Positions 1 through 7,592 of a stretch of DNA of 21,250 bases are shown piece by piece (positions within the stretch are counted from its first letter, which is position 1; the number at the start of each line of letters is the position of its first letter). The notes beneath the pieces are model-generated. The model was not told the origin of the DNA and searched no databases. It worked only from the letters and a program-made list of their open reading frames with translations. This stretch comes from Pseudobdellovibrionaceae bacterium. GTDB lineage: Bacteria; Bdellovibrionota; Bdellovibrionia; Bdellovibrionales; Bdellovibrionaceae. The stretch is from positions 1-21,250 of the forward strand of contig JBGGMM010000099.1 of assembly GCA_041288045.1 (NCBI GenBank), given 5' to 3'. The position numbers were made by a program, and so were the translations under genes.

Positions 1-12
1 CGGTCGATTGTA

Positions 13-207
13 TTAGGACTTCAAAAGATAAAAAGGCAAAAACACATACAAGGTCAGATCGCGAATCAGATAATAAACGATGATTCCGACAACCGCCTTC
101 CACCCATATTTTCGCCGCACTTCTTTGAGTCGAGCGATGATTCGATGAAAAATCCGAAACACTCTAGGCGCCCGTTCTCGCAGAAACACCGAGGGCCCGA
201 AACACAT
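13..207 (-). CDS. Small hypothetical membrane protein (start uncertain: ATG 207, GTG 189 or GTG 162)
   Basis: Basic amphipathic stretch followed by a hydrophobic segment KYGWKAVVGIIVYYLIRDLTLYVFLPFYLL. Lies directly downstream of, or overlaps, the heme oxygenase stop (164-166), consistent with co-transcription. Confidence 0.6.
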   Translation of the reverse strand: MCFGPSVFLRERAPRVFRIFHRIIARLKEVRRKYGWKAVVGIIVYYLIRDLTLYVFLPFYLLKS

Positions 208-823
208 CGCCGTTGAATTGGAAGGCCGTGATCGCTTCTTCGCAGAATTTTCCATGATCTGTCAGAAGCACACCCACTTGATCCAAACCATCACGAAATG
301 ATTTTTTCAAATCGGCGACATTCGAATCTGGAAAGGCGTAAAAATTAAAAAAATTGGTCTCTGGAAAACGACGACTGAGAACCTTAGCGAAAACTTGGCC
401 GCCGGAAAGATCCCCTAAATACCTGACATAAGCATGAGCGACCAAAAGTTCAGGATTGGATTTCGCCAGCTGCAAAAGATAATTCTGATATTTAGAAACC
501 GCCCCTTGAATCTCATCACTGACTTCGCTGCGATGAGAGCTCCACCCTTTGAGATCTTCGTTCAGAGCTGAAAGCCGTAAAATTTCCTGAAAGAAAATAG
601 GAGAAATCGCTGGATGATTTAGATTTTCTGACAGCGCTGCCTCAAGACTTTCATAGATTTTTTGAAATGACCAAAGGTAGAGGTAATATTCACTATGAGT
701 GCAGCTTCCCTGAAAAAGCTTTTTGATAAAATCAGCACCTTCAACCATCGTGTGTACGGACTGTGTCGCTTCCCTGAGACGACTAGAAAGGAGATGTGAG
801 GGCGCCGAAGCTTCAGATTGCAT
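164..823 (-). CDS. Biliverdin-producing heme oxygenase (HO-1/HmuO/cyanobacterial Ho1 type)
   Basis: Proximal His region LREATQSVHTMVE and signature LVAHAYVRYLGDLSGGQ. Start moved to ATG 823 because GGAGG lies 4 nt upstream. Confidence 0.95.
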   Translation of the reverse strand: MQSEASAPSHLLSSRLREATQSVHTMVEGADFIKKLFQGSCTHSEYYLYLWSFQKIYESLEAALSENLNHPAISPIFFQEILRLSALNEDLKGWSSHRSEVSDEIQGAVSKYQNYLLQLAKSNPELLVAHAYVRYLGDLSGGQVFAKVLSRRFPETNFFNFYAFPDSNVADLKKSFRDGLDQVGVLLTDHGKFCEEAITAFQFNGDVFRALGVSARTGA

Positions 824-943
824 AAATCCTCCATAATTAAATAAAACCCTCTTCACCTAATGCAATAGCCGGAAAAAAATCAATAAAACAGAGACAAATC
901 TGGATTTCTGAAATCCTAATGAGAATGAAAATAAAATGAAAAC

Positions 944-1360
944 TTAAAACGGCGTCACTGAGTGACTTCTCGCCTCCTTCAACACATAAATCAGCTCTTC
1001 ATCTCCCAATTGAAGATGAAGAAGAATTTTTGATTCTTGGATTTCAATTTTCGTTTTGGTCTTACGCCCCAGCTGCATGTCTGGATCCTTGGCGCAGCTG
1101 GGATCATTTTGTGGGTTCAAGGCAAATGTCTCTGACTCTAAGAACCCGTTCTTTAATTGATAATTCGCAAAGCTTTCGCAAAAGGCTTCGGTCCCCCGGT
1201 CCCAATAGAGCCTTTCGGTGCCATTGGGATAAAAGCTCCAGCGAAGATTCAGCTCAGGACTTGGCAGCTGAATTTCTGAACCTTTGTAGATCAGACCAGC
1301 CAACTGCCATTCTCCAGACAAAGCAGCAGTCATTAAAAGAGGGACGAGAAGCGAATTCAT
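944..1360 (-). CDS. Exported lipocalin-like beta-barrel protein
   Basis: Short signal peptide followed by LSGEWQL (lipocalin GxW motif), beta-strand periodicity and two Cys. Starts 2 nt after the stop of the upstream gene. Confidence 0.6.
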   Translation of the reverse strand: MNSLLVPLLMTAALSGEWQLAGLIYKGSEIQLPSPELNLRWSFYPNGTERLYWDRGTEAFCESFANYQLKNGFLESETFALNPQNDPSCAKDPDMQLGRKTKTKIEIQESKILLHLQLGDEELIYVLKEARSHSVTPF

Positions 1361-1362
1361 TT

Positions 1363-1785
1363 TTATTCAACTTTCAGATCTTTTTCGAAATAAGTGCCGT
1401 CACCATTGAGGAATTTCAATTTGTGTTCACCTCGAGACAATTTTCCCAATTTGATTTCTTTTGAAAAAGGAATCAGAACCATCAAACACATGCCCTGACT
1501 GACAGAGGCCGAGGCTTTGATCTCATGCTGCTGGGGTCCCACATTTTTCACCACAGCCCCCTTCCAGCGGTAGCAACCATTCGGGAAAAGCCCATTGGCA
1601 ACGACATAAGCTTCTGCCTCCGAATTGAAGCCTCCCGGAACAAAGACATCACTGAGACCGATCACCACGTCCTTTACTTGTGGCGGCGCATCTTCATCAG
1701 CAAGTGCTGAGTGCAAGGGAGCTAAAAATAAAGCGGCAAGGGCTAAGAGCTGAAATGATTTCTTGGATGGTGATGGTTTCTTCAT
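1363..1785 (-). CDS. Exported hypothetical protein (Sec signal, probable disulfide-bonded beta-sandwich)
   Basis: AGGAGG RBS at 1790-1795. Signal peptide ending ALA-D. Two Cys (PNGCY, GMCLMV). First gene behind a sigma54 promoter. Confidence 0.85.
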   Translation of the reverse strand: MKKPSPSKKSFQLLALAALFLAPLHSALADEDAPPQVKDVVIGLSDVFVPGGFNSEAEAYVVANGLFPNGCYRWKGAVVKNVGPQQHEIKASASVSQGMCLMVLIPFSKEIKLGKLSRGEHKLKFLNGDGTYFEKDLKVE

Positions 1786-1823
1786 GAATCCTCCTGAAGT
1801 GGTTGTTTGTTGACAGACACATC

Positions 1824-1839
1824 AGCAACCCAGATGCCA
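1824..1839 (-). promoter_or_regulatory. Sigma54 (RpoN) -24/-12 promoter
   Basis: Minus strand reads TGGCATCTGGGTTGCT, with GG-N10-GC spacing and a near-consensus match to TGGCAC-N5-TTGCW. Intergenic, correctly oriented, 38 nt upstream of ATG 1785. Confidence 0.85.
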
Positions 1840-1878
1840 CTCGAAAAACCTTCGATCAGCCAGTTTCGTTGAGTCTCT

Positions 1879-1928
1879 TGAGACAATTCAGCTCATCTCC
1901 TGGAAAAATTCAGAGACAATTCGTCTCG
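1879..1928. promoter_or_regulatory. Tandem 17-bp pseudo-palindromic binding sites (putative upstream activator sequences)
   Basis: TGAGACA-ATT-CAGCTCA (1879-1895) and AGAGACA-ATT-CGTCTCG (1912-1928), 33 bp apart, upstream of the sigma54 promoter. The same arrangement recurs at 12077-12126. Confidence 0.75.
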
Positions 1929-2012
1929 AAAGGACACTCCCCGAAGCCTTTATTGGCGTTTAAGGCTTCCTCCGGTTTTGCATTTATCTCAAGGCACAGG
2001 AATAGGGACTCG

Positions 2013-2834
2013 ATGATGGGAAAGCTTGAAAATAAGATCTGTTTAATCACCGGCGCCGCGCAGGGCATCGGGCTGGCCACTGCTCAAGTTTTTATTGAAG
2101 AAGGCGCCAGGGTTCTATTGACTGATATCGCCGATGACATTGGCAAAGCAGCAGTGCAGGCGCTTGGCAACAAAGCCTCCTACCTGCATCTGGATGTGAC
2201 TCGGCCGCATGACTGGGACAGGGCCTGTGAATGGATTCAAAAAAAATGGGGACGCCTCGATATCTTGGTGAATGCCGCAGGCGTCACTGGTCATCATTTT
2301 TATCAGCAAAACAAAAATCCGGAGCAGACCCAATTGGACACTTGGGAAAAAATCCAAACCATCAATCATGAAGGTGTTTTTTTTGGATGCAAGCTTGCGA
2401 TTGGCCTTATGAAAAACCAACAAACAATTGGTTCCATCGTGAATGTCGCTTCAAGATCTCTCGCCCCGGACGGAAGCTTTTCAATCGCTCTTCCATCAGT
2501 TCGAAACCACACCAAATCAGTGGCACATCACTGCGCCCAGAAGGGCTACCCGATTCGCTGTAATTCCGTTCACCCCGTCGGTGTCTATAGTTCCTTGTGG
2601 GAGCAGCTGATCGATAAAAGTGTAGATCCTCAGAAATATATTGAATCCGTCAAAGAGAATATTCCGATCAAGCGTTTAGGAACGGCGAGTGAAATCGCTC
2701 AAGCGATCCTCTTTCTCGCCAGCGATGATTGCCTTTTTATGACTGGAAGTGACCTGGTCATTGATGGAGGCCTTTTGGCCTCTTCATCCCCCCAGCTGCA
2801 ACTCCAGCCTTCCGCAAAGCTGAATCTGGCTTAA
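2013..2834 (+). CDS. SDR family protein (3-beta-hydroxysteroid dehydrogenase-like) with a degenerate active site
   Basis: TGAAQGIG nucleotide-binding motif, LDILVNAAG, IRCNSVHP and FMTGSDLVIDGG. No YxxxK. Start at ATG 2013 or 2016 (GGGA upstream); the ORF-track extension to 1803 runs over regulatory DNA. Confidence 0.9.
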   Translation: MMGKLENKICLITGAAQGIGLATAQVFIEEGARVLLTDIADDIGKAAVQALGNKASYLHLDVTRPHDWDRACEWIQKKWGRLDILVNAAGVTGHHFYQQNKNPEQTQLDTWEKIQTINHEGVFFGCKLAIGLMKNQQTIGSIVNVASRSLAPDGSFSIALPSVRNHTKSVAHHCAQKGYPIRCNSVHPVGVYSSLWEQLIDKSVDPQKYIESVKENIPIKRLGTASEIAQAILFLASDDCLFMTGSDLVIDGGLLASSSPQLQLQPSAKLNLA

Positions 2835-2835
2835 A

Positions 2836-3951
2836 CTAAGATTTTTGCTTTTTGGGAATCAACAACCGAAATCGAGTGTGGGAACTTTGAGAATCGTACT
2901 CCAGCGCTCCGCCATTTTGCTGCAGAATGCTTTGTGAAATACTGAGCCCAATTCCAGTTCCATATTGAACGGCTTTCGTTGAGAAAAAGGGATTGAACAT
3001 TTTCTTGCGAACCTCTTCAGGAATCCCATGACCACTGTCGGTGATAGCAATTTCAATATTTTCTGCTTGGTCCTTAGCTTCAATTTCAATCCATTTGTCT
3101 TTTAAATTCAAAATGGCATCAAAGGAATTATTTAAAAGATTCACAATCACCTGAACGATTTCATGGCTTCGACAGTCGACATAAAGATTTTTCTCAAGTC
3201 CTTTACAGCGAATCCCAATTCCATTTTTCTGAAAGCGAAGCGTGCAAAGATCCATGGAATCATTCACCAGCTCAAGCACAGAAGTTCTTTGCGTCGGTTC
3301 GGATTCTTGATGATGGGCCATGGTTTTCATGCTGCGAACAATTTTTGCAATTCTTTGACCGGTCACTTCGATCGTATCAGCGATTCGAAGCAGCTCGGTG
3401 GTTTCAGACTTTCCCTCTTGAAGAATAGATTTCAGCATTTCGACCCGCCCGAGGATGACGCCGAGAGGATTGTTAATTTCATGGGTGATGGCGGCTGCCA
3501 TCTCGCCAATGGCCGAAAGGCGTGAAGCTGCCACGAGCTTTTCTTGCTGACTGGTGATCGTCTGCTGGGCGCGCTTGAGCTCGGTGATATCATAGCGGAT
3601 AGAAAGATACTGTTCGGGTTTCCCCTCCACATCCAAAAAAGGCACAATAGTTGTGTTCACCCAGTAAGCCTCGCCATTCTTTCGACGATTGCAGACTTCG
3701 CCTCTCCAGACGTGGCCTTTGACGATGGTTTTCCAGAGATCAATAAAAAAACTTTTGGAGTGAAATCCAGAATTGATAATTCGATGGGTCTGCCCAATCA
3801 GCTCATCCCGACGGTAGCCTGAAATTTCACAGAACTTATCGTTCACATAGGTGATGACGCCCTTCGCATCCGTCGCCGCCACGATGGCCGCTTGATCCAA
3901 AGCGTATTTTTGATCTGATAACTGCTTTAAAAGCTCTTGGTTGACTTCCAA
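2836..3951 (-). CDS. Cytoplasmic PAS-domain sensor histidine kinase (NtrB-like kinase core, Aer/NifL-like PAS)
   Basis: PAS-PAC (YVNDKFCEISGY...LWKTIVKGHVWRGEVCNRRKNGEAYWV), H-box HEINNPL, N-box NLLNNS, DSGHG, FNPFFSTK and GTGIGLS. No transmembrane helix. TTG 3951 lies 6 nt after AAAGGA; TTG 3957 is the alternative start. Confidence 0.93.
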   Translation of the reverse strand: MEVNQELLKQLSDQKYALDQAAIVAATDAKGVITYVNDKFCEISGYRRDELIGQTHRIINSGFHSKSFFIDLWKTIVKGHVWRGEVCNRRKNGEAYWVNTTIVPFLDVEGKPEQYLSIRYDITELKRAQQTITSQQEKLVAASRLSAIGEMAAAITHEINNPLGVILGRVEMLKSILQEGKSETTELLRIADTIEVTGQRIAKIVRSMKTMAHHQESEPTQRTSVLELVNDSMDLCTLRFQKNGIGIRCKGLEKNLYVDCRSHEIVQVIVNLLNNSFDAILNLKDKWIEIEAKDQAENIEIAITDSGHGIPEEVRKKMFNPFFSTKAVQYGTGIGLSISQSILQQNGGALEYDSQSSHTRFRLLIPKKQKS

Positions 3952-3993
3952 ATCCAATCCTTTGTCTGGTCCTCGAGCTTTGAGTTTGGGTTT

Positions 3994-4010
3994 TGGGACA
4001 TTTTAGCTCA
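3994..4010. promoter_or_regulatory. Single copy of the 17-bp motif between the divergent kinase and regulator genes (putative autoregulatory site)
   Basis: TGGGACA-TTT-TAGCTCA. 14/17 identical to the 1879 site and 14/17 to the reverse complement of the 12077 site. Confidence 0.6.
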
Positions 4011-4082
4011 GAAAAGCAGAGTCCCAACTGGAAACTTTGAAGCTCCGAAGGTTTATGTTAACTCTATACCTAAGGAGTTATT

Positions 4083-5489
4083 ATGGCTCAAGATTCTTTT
4101 GGTTCCATTGTCATCGTTGATGATGACCCCGAGATGCGATCAATGGTCACTGACCATTTGAAACGGCAAGGATATCAAATCAAAGATTTTGGCAGCAGCC
4201 TAGAAGCTGTCAAATACCTTTCTTCTGGAGGAATCGACGCACTTGGGACCGAACTACTTCTGACTGACCTTCGCATGCCGGAGCTGGATGGCTTGGATTT
4301 GCTCCAGCAGATCCGAAGACTTCCCAATCAATTTCCAGTGATCATCATGACCGCTTTTGCCACAGTGGATACTGCCATTGAGGGACTTCGGCGAGGGGCT
4401 TTTGATTACATCACCAAGCCATTTAAACTTCAGGAGCTCACGCTCACAGTGGAAAGAGCTCTGACTTTCTATCGTTTAAAAATGCAGAACCAGGCACTCA
4501 CTGCCGAGGTCCGAAAAACTTGGTCCCTTCAAGACATGGTGGGAAAAAGTGCACCGATGAAAGAAATTTTTGATCTCATCGAGCGCGTGTCATCTGCCAA
4601 TACCAATATTTTGATCACAGGCGAAAGCGGAACGGGAAAAGAAGTGGTGGCAAGAGCCATTCACCAACGAAGCCCTCGAGCTGAAAAACAATTCGTCGCT
4701 ATCAACTGCACAGCCATCCCCAGCGAATTGATGGAATCCGAACTCTTTGGTCACGTCAAAGGCTCCTTCACTGGCGCGGTTTCGGATAAAAAGGGTTTGT
4801 TCGACGAAGCTCACGGCGGAACACTTTTTTTGGATGAAATTGGCGATATGGATGTGGCATTACAAGCGAAACTCCTTCGCGTTTTGCAAGAGCGCAAGAT
4901 CAAGCCTGTCGGTGCCACTCAAAGCAAAGATATTGATGTGCGAGTGATCGCCGCAACTCACAAGGATCTCAAAAAAGCGATAATGAATGGCGGCTTCCGT
5001 GAAGATCTTTACTATCGTCTTTCAGTGATCCCGATTGTTGTGCCTCCCCTTCGCCATCGGCCCGAGGACATCCCACTTCTTGCCAATCATTTTCTGCGCA
5101 AATATTCGGCTTTGAATGGCAGCCGCGTGATGGGATTTACCCAAGCCGCTCTGCAAAGATTGATGGCCTTTTCTTGGCCCGGCAATGTCCGAGAGCTTGA
5201 AAATTTGGTCGAACGAATGATTGTGCTTTCTCGCTCAGCGCAAATCGACGTGGCAGACATTCCAAATTCGGATCAAAGCTCTTCCGAGCAGTTTTTTGGC
5301 CAGGCCACAGTGGATTCGCCAACCCTTGAGGACCTTGAAAAAAGATACATTCAACTGATTTTGGAAAAAACCGGTGGTCGCAAAGAAAAGGCCGCTCAAA
5401 TTCTTGGAATCAATCGCCGCACTCTTTATCGAAAAGAACGCGATTATGGATTTTCCACCGATCAAGGCGAGCCGGAGCCAGAAGAATAA
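4083..5489 (+). CDS. Sigma54-dependent response regulator (NtrC/AtoC/ZraR family; REC-AAA+-Fis HTH)
   Basis: VDDD, TDLRMP and KPF receiver motifs; GESGTGKE Walker A; ESELFGH; GSFTGA; LFLDEIG; FREDLYYRL; WPGNVRELEN; HTH AAQILGINRRTLYRK. TAAGGAG RBS. Confidence 0.97.
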   Translation: MAQDSFGSIVIVDDDPEMRSMVTDHLKRQGYQIKDFGSSLEAVKYLSSGGIDALGTELLLTDLRMPELDGLDLLQQIRRLPNQFPVIIMTAFATVDTAIEGLRRGAFDYITKPFKLQELTLTVERALTFYRLKMQNQALTAEVRKTWSLQDMVGKSAPMKEIFDLIERVSSANTNILITGESGTGKEVVARAIHQRSPRAEKQFVAINCTAIPSELMESELFGHVKGSFTGAVSDKKGLFDEAHGGTLFLDEIGDMDVALQAKLLRVLQERKIKPVGATQSKDIDVRVIAATHKDLKKAIMNGGFREDLYYRLSVIPIVVPPLRHRPEDIPLLANHFLRKYSALNGSRVMGFTQAALQRLMAFSWPGNVRELENLVERMIVLSRSAQIDVADIPNSDQSSSEQFFGQATVDSPTLEDLEKRYIQLILEKTGGRKEKAAQILGINRRTLYRKERDYGFSTDQGEPEPEE

Positions 5490-6856
5490 GGACCCAGCAA
5501 AGAAAGTTTTTTCTCTAACAAATTTTTTTCAGTTTCAGCGTCCTGGATGCGAAGGTGGATTTCTAATCGACCTTTGGCACTGAGCTTGGAAGACTCAATT
5601 TCAAAAAAGATCGGGACTTCTCGTTTTCCTTCGGCTGGCAAAGAAAGCGCATCTTCAGGGATCACCACTTTCACCTGCGGATCTGTCTCAATTCTTATTT
5701 TCATTGCTTGAGCGGAATGATTCTCCAGCCGCAAGTGAAAATAATTTTGAATGAGCTTTTTCCCATTTTCTTCTCTGACTTGATAGGGATTGCCTTTTCC
5801 TCTTAAAAGCTCAAAGCGAATGCTTTGATGAAAAGCCAAAAGCACAATGAGCGCCACTGAAGCTGCGGCAATGATGCCTCCATAAGCTAAAACGCGAGCT
5901 CGCAACCATTGCACCGGTTTGTTGGTCAAAGCTTTGTAGCGAATCAGTCCTGTGGGCTTTTTCACTTTGGTCATGATCTCATCACAAGCATCGATACAAG
6001 CCGTGCAACCAATGCAATCCATTTGCACGCCGTTGCGGATATCAATCCCTGTTGGGCAAACCTGAACACAGCGACCACAGGCCACGCAGTCCCCTTTTGG
6101 CTGCGCGCTTGTTGCCAGACCCTTGCGCGGCTCCCCTCGCTTTTCATCATACATCACAGTCACTGAATGCGAATCCATCAGCACACTTTGGATTTTGCCG
6201 TAAGGACAGACGATCAAACAGAACTGCTCCCGAAACCAGCCAAAATTAAACAGCAAAGTTCCGGTCATTCCAAAGACCAACAGAAAGTAAGTCCAATTTT
6301 CTTGCGGAGCTCCTGACATCATCGAGATCAGCTCTTTGGAGCCCGACCAGGAAGCAATAAAACTATGAGCAATCAAAGCAGAGACGAAAAAATAGAGAAT
6401 CCATTTCAAATCTGTTGTGCGTATTTTTTCAAAATTCCAGTTTTGATCTCGAAGTCGTCGCCGTTGCAGATAGGTGCCTTCTGTCCATTTTTCAATCTGA
6501 CGATATATCGCTTCAATAAACACAGTCTGCGGACAGGCCCAGCCGCACCACACGCGGCCATAAAGAGCTGTCAGGAGAGCCAGACCCACTGTCATAATGA
6601 TCAGGAGAAAGAACATCAAGGGAGTGTCGGAGGCGTACAAATGCCCACCCAAGAAAGTGAGTTTCCGAGCCCCGAGATCAATTCGAAAGGCCTGCTCGCC
6701 ACCAATGAAAATCCACGGCAGCAGAAGAAAGATCAAAAGAAGAAGAAAGTGAACTTTTCGTTTCCACTTGGTGTAAAATCCCTTCACTTCGGCTGGAATG
6801 ATAAATTTGCGATGCCCATGCTCATCCAGCATTCCTAATCTTTCAGAAGGATTCAT
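5462..6856 (-). CDS. ccoG: Cytochrome c oxidase accessory protein CcoG/FixG (membrane 4Fe-4S protein, cupric reductase family)
   Basis: GRVWCGWACPQT, FCLIVCPYG, CVACGRCVQVCP and CIGCTACIDACD motifs; C-terminal Ig-like region; last gene of the cco operon. Confidence 0.96.
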   Translation of the reverse strand: MNPSERLGMLDEHGHRKFIIPAEVKGFYTKWKRKVHFLLLLIFLLLPWIFIGGEQAFRIDLGARKLTFLGGHLYASDTPLMFFLLIIMTVGLALLTALYGRVWCGWACPQTVFIEAIYRQIEKWTEGTYLQRRRLRDQNWNFEKIRTTDLKWILYFFVSALIAHSFIASWSGSKELISMMSGAPQENWTYFLLVFGMTGTLLFNFGWFREQFCLIVCPYGKIQSVLMDSHSVTVMYDEKRGEPRKGLATSAQPKGDCVACGRCVQVCPTGIDIRNGVQMDCIGCTACIDACDEIMTKVKKPTGLIRYKALTNKPVQWLRARVLAYGGIIAAASVALIVLLAFHQSIRFELLRGKGNPYQVREENGKKLIQNYFHLRLENHSAQAMKIRIETDPQVKVVIPEDALSLPAEGKREVPIFFEIESSKLSAKGRLEIHLRIQDAETEKNLLEKKLSLLGPYSSGSGSP

Positions 6857-7428
6857 TCGGTCACTTCCACTCCTTGTGGGGCTTTGGCTTGAGCGGGTTT
6901 GGTTTTTCGAAGCGAATAAACATAGCCCACCAGTCCTAACATTTCTTTTTCATTCACCAGACCTTCCCAAGCCGGCATTCCTTTTTCAGTCACGCCTTTT
7001 GAAATGACTTTGATCAGATCAGCGCGGTGACCTTTGCCATGCAGCCAAAATTTGTCGGTTAAATTAGGACCGATCATTCCTTGTCCCTCTGCTGCATGGC
7101 AAGCCGCACATTTGGCTGCAAAAACTCTTTTGCCTTCTTCCAACCGTTCATGGCCTTCGGACTGAGCTTGCAGCTCTTGTTCAGACCAAATTTTTTCTGC
7201 AGCTTTGGGAAGCTCCTTCATTGAAACTTCAAGCTCTTGAATTTGGTTCTGCCCGCCACCAAACTGGTAATGGATAAAATATATAAAAGAAAAGATGATC
7301 GTCCCAAAAAAAGTCATCAACCACCAATTCGGAAGTGGGTTGTCGTACTCTTGGATTCCGTCATAGCTATGATCAAGAAGCTCAGCTTCTTTTTTCTGAT
7401 TTTGGCTGTCTTGTTTTTCTTCGCTCAC
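6853..7428 (-). CDS. ccoP: cbb3-type cytochrome c oxidase subunit III, monoheme form
   Basis: FixP N-terminal motif HSYDGIQEYDNPLPNWW, one transmembrane helix, a single CAACH, GPNLTD and GMPAW. GTG start overlaps the ccoQ stop. Confidence 0.95.
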   Translation of the reverse strand: MSEEKQDSQNQKKEAELLDHSYDGIQEYDNPLPNWWLMTFFGTIIFSFIYFIHYQFGGGQNQIQELEVSMKELPKAAEKIWSEQELQAQSEGHERLEEGKRVFAAKCAACHAAEGQGMIGPNLTDKFWLHGKGHRADLIKVISKGVTEKGMPAWEGLVNEKEMLGLVGYVYSLRKTKPAQAKAPQGVEVTE

Positions 7429-7592
7429 GAGGGATCCCCTTCAAAAGGAAGTTGCTCCAAGGCCTTCACGTCCTCTTTTTTGTAGATCATCTGCTGAAGA
7501 ATCAGCAGGACGATGAATGAGACGAAAAAAATCAAAAGACCGATTTGTGTCCAATGAAGATCGGTGAAAAAGGCCAATCCCTCTTTTTTCAT
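7425..7592 (-). CDS. ccoQ: cbb3-type cytochrome c oxidase subunit IV (55 aa, not in the ORF track)
   Basis: Hand translation: MKKEGLAFFTDLHWTQIGLLIFFVSFIVLLILQQMIYKKEDVKALEQLPFEGDPS. One transmembrane helix and a C-terminal LPF. GAGGAGG RBS. 4-nt overlaps with ccoNO and ccoP. Confidence 0.88.
   Translation of the reverse strand: MKKEGLAFFTDLHWTQIGLLIFFVSFIVLLILQQMIYKKEDVKALEQLPFEGDPS

Noticed and set aside
861..876. TTGCA upstream of the heme oxygenase as a sigma54 -12 element (likewise 1978-1982 before the SDR)
   Set aside because: No GG or similar -24 element at the required distance.
1803..2012. 70-codon N-terminal extension of the SDR in the ORF track
   Set aside because: SDR similarity starts at MGKLENK, and the extension overlies the sigma54 promoter and motif pair of the divergent operon.
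4761..4778. GSFTGA instead of GAFTGA in the activator
   Set aside because: A common variant in sigma54 activators, so not evidence of a defect.
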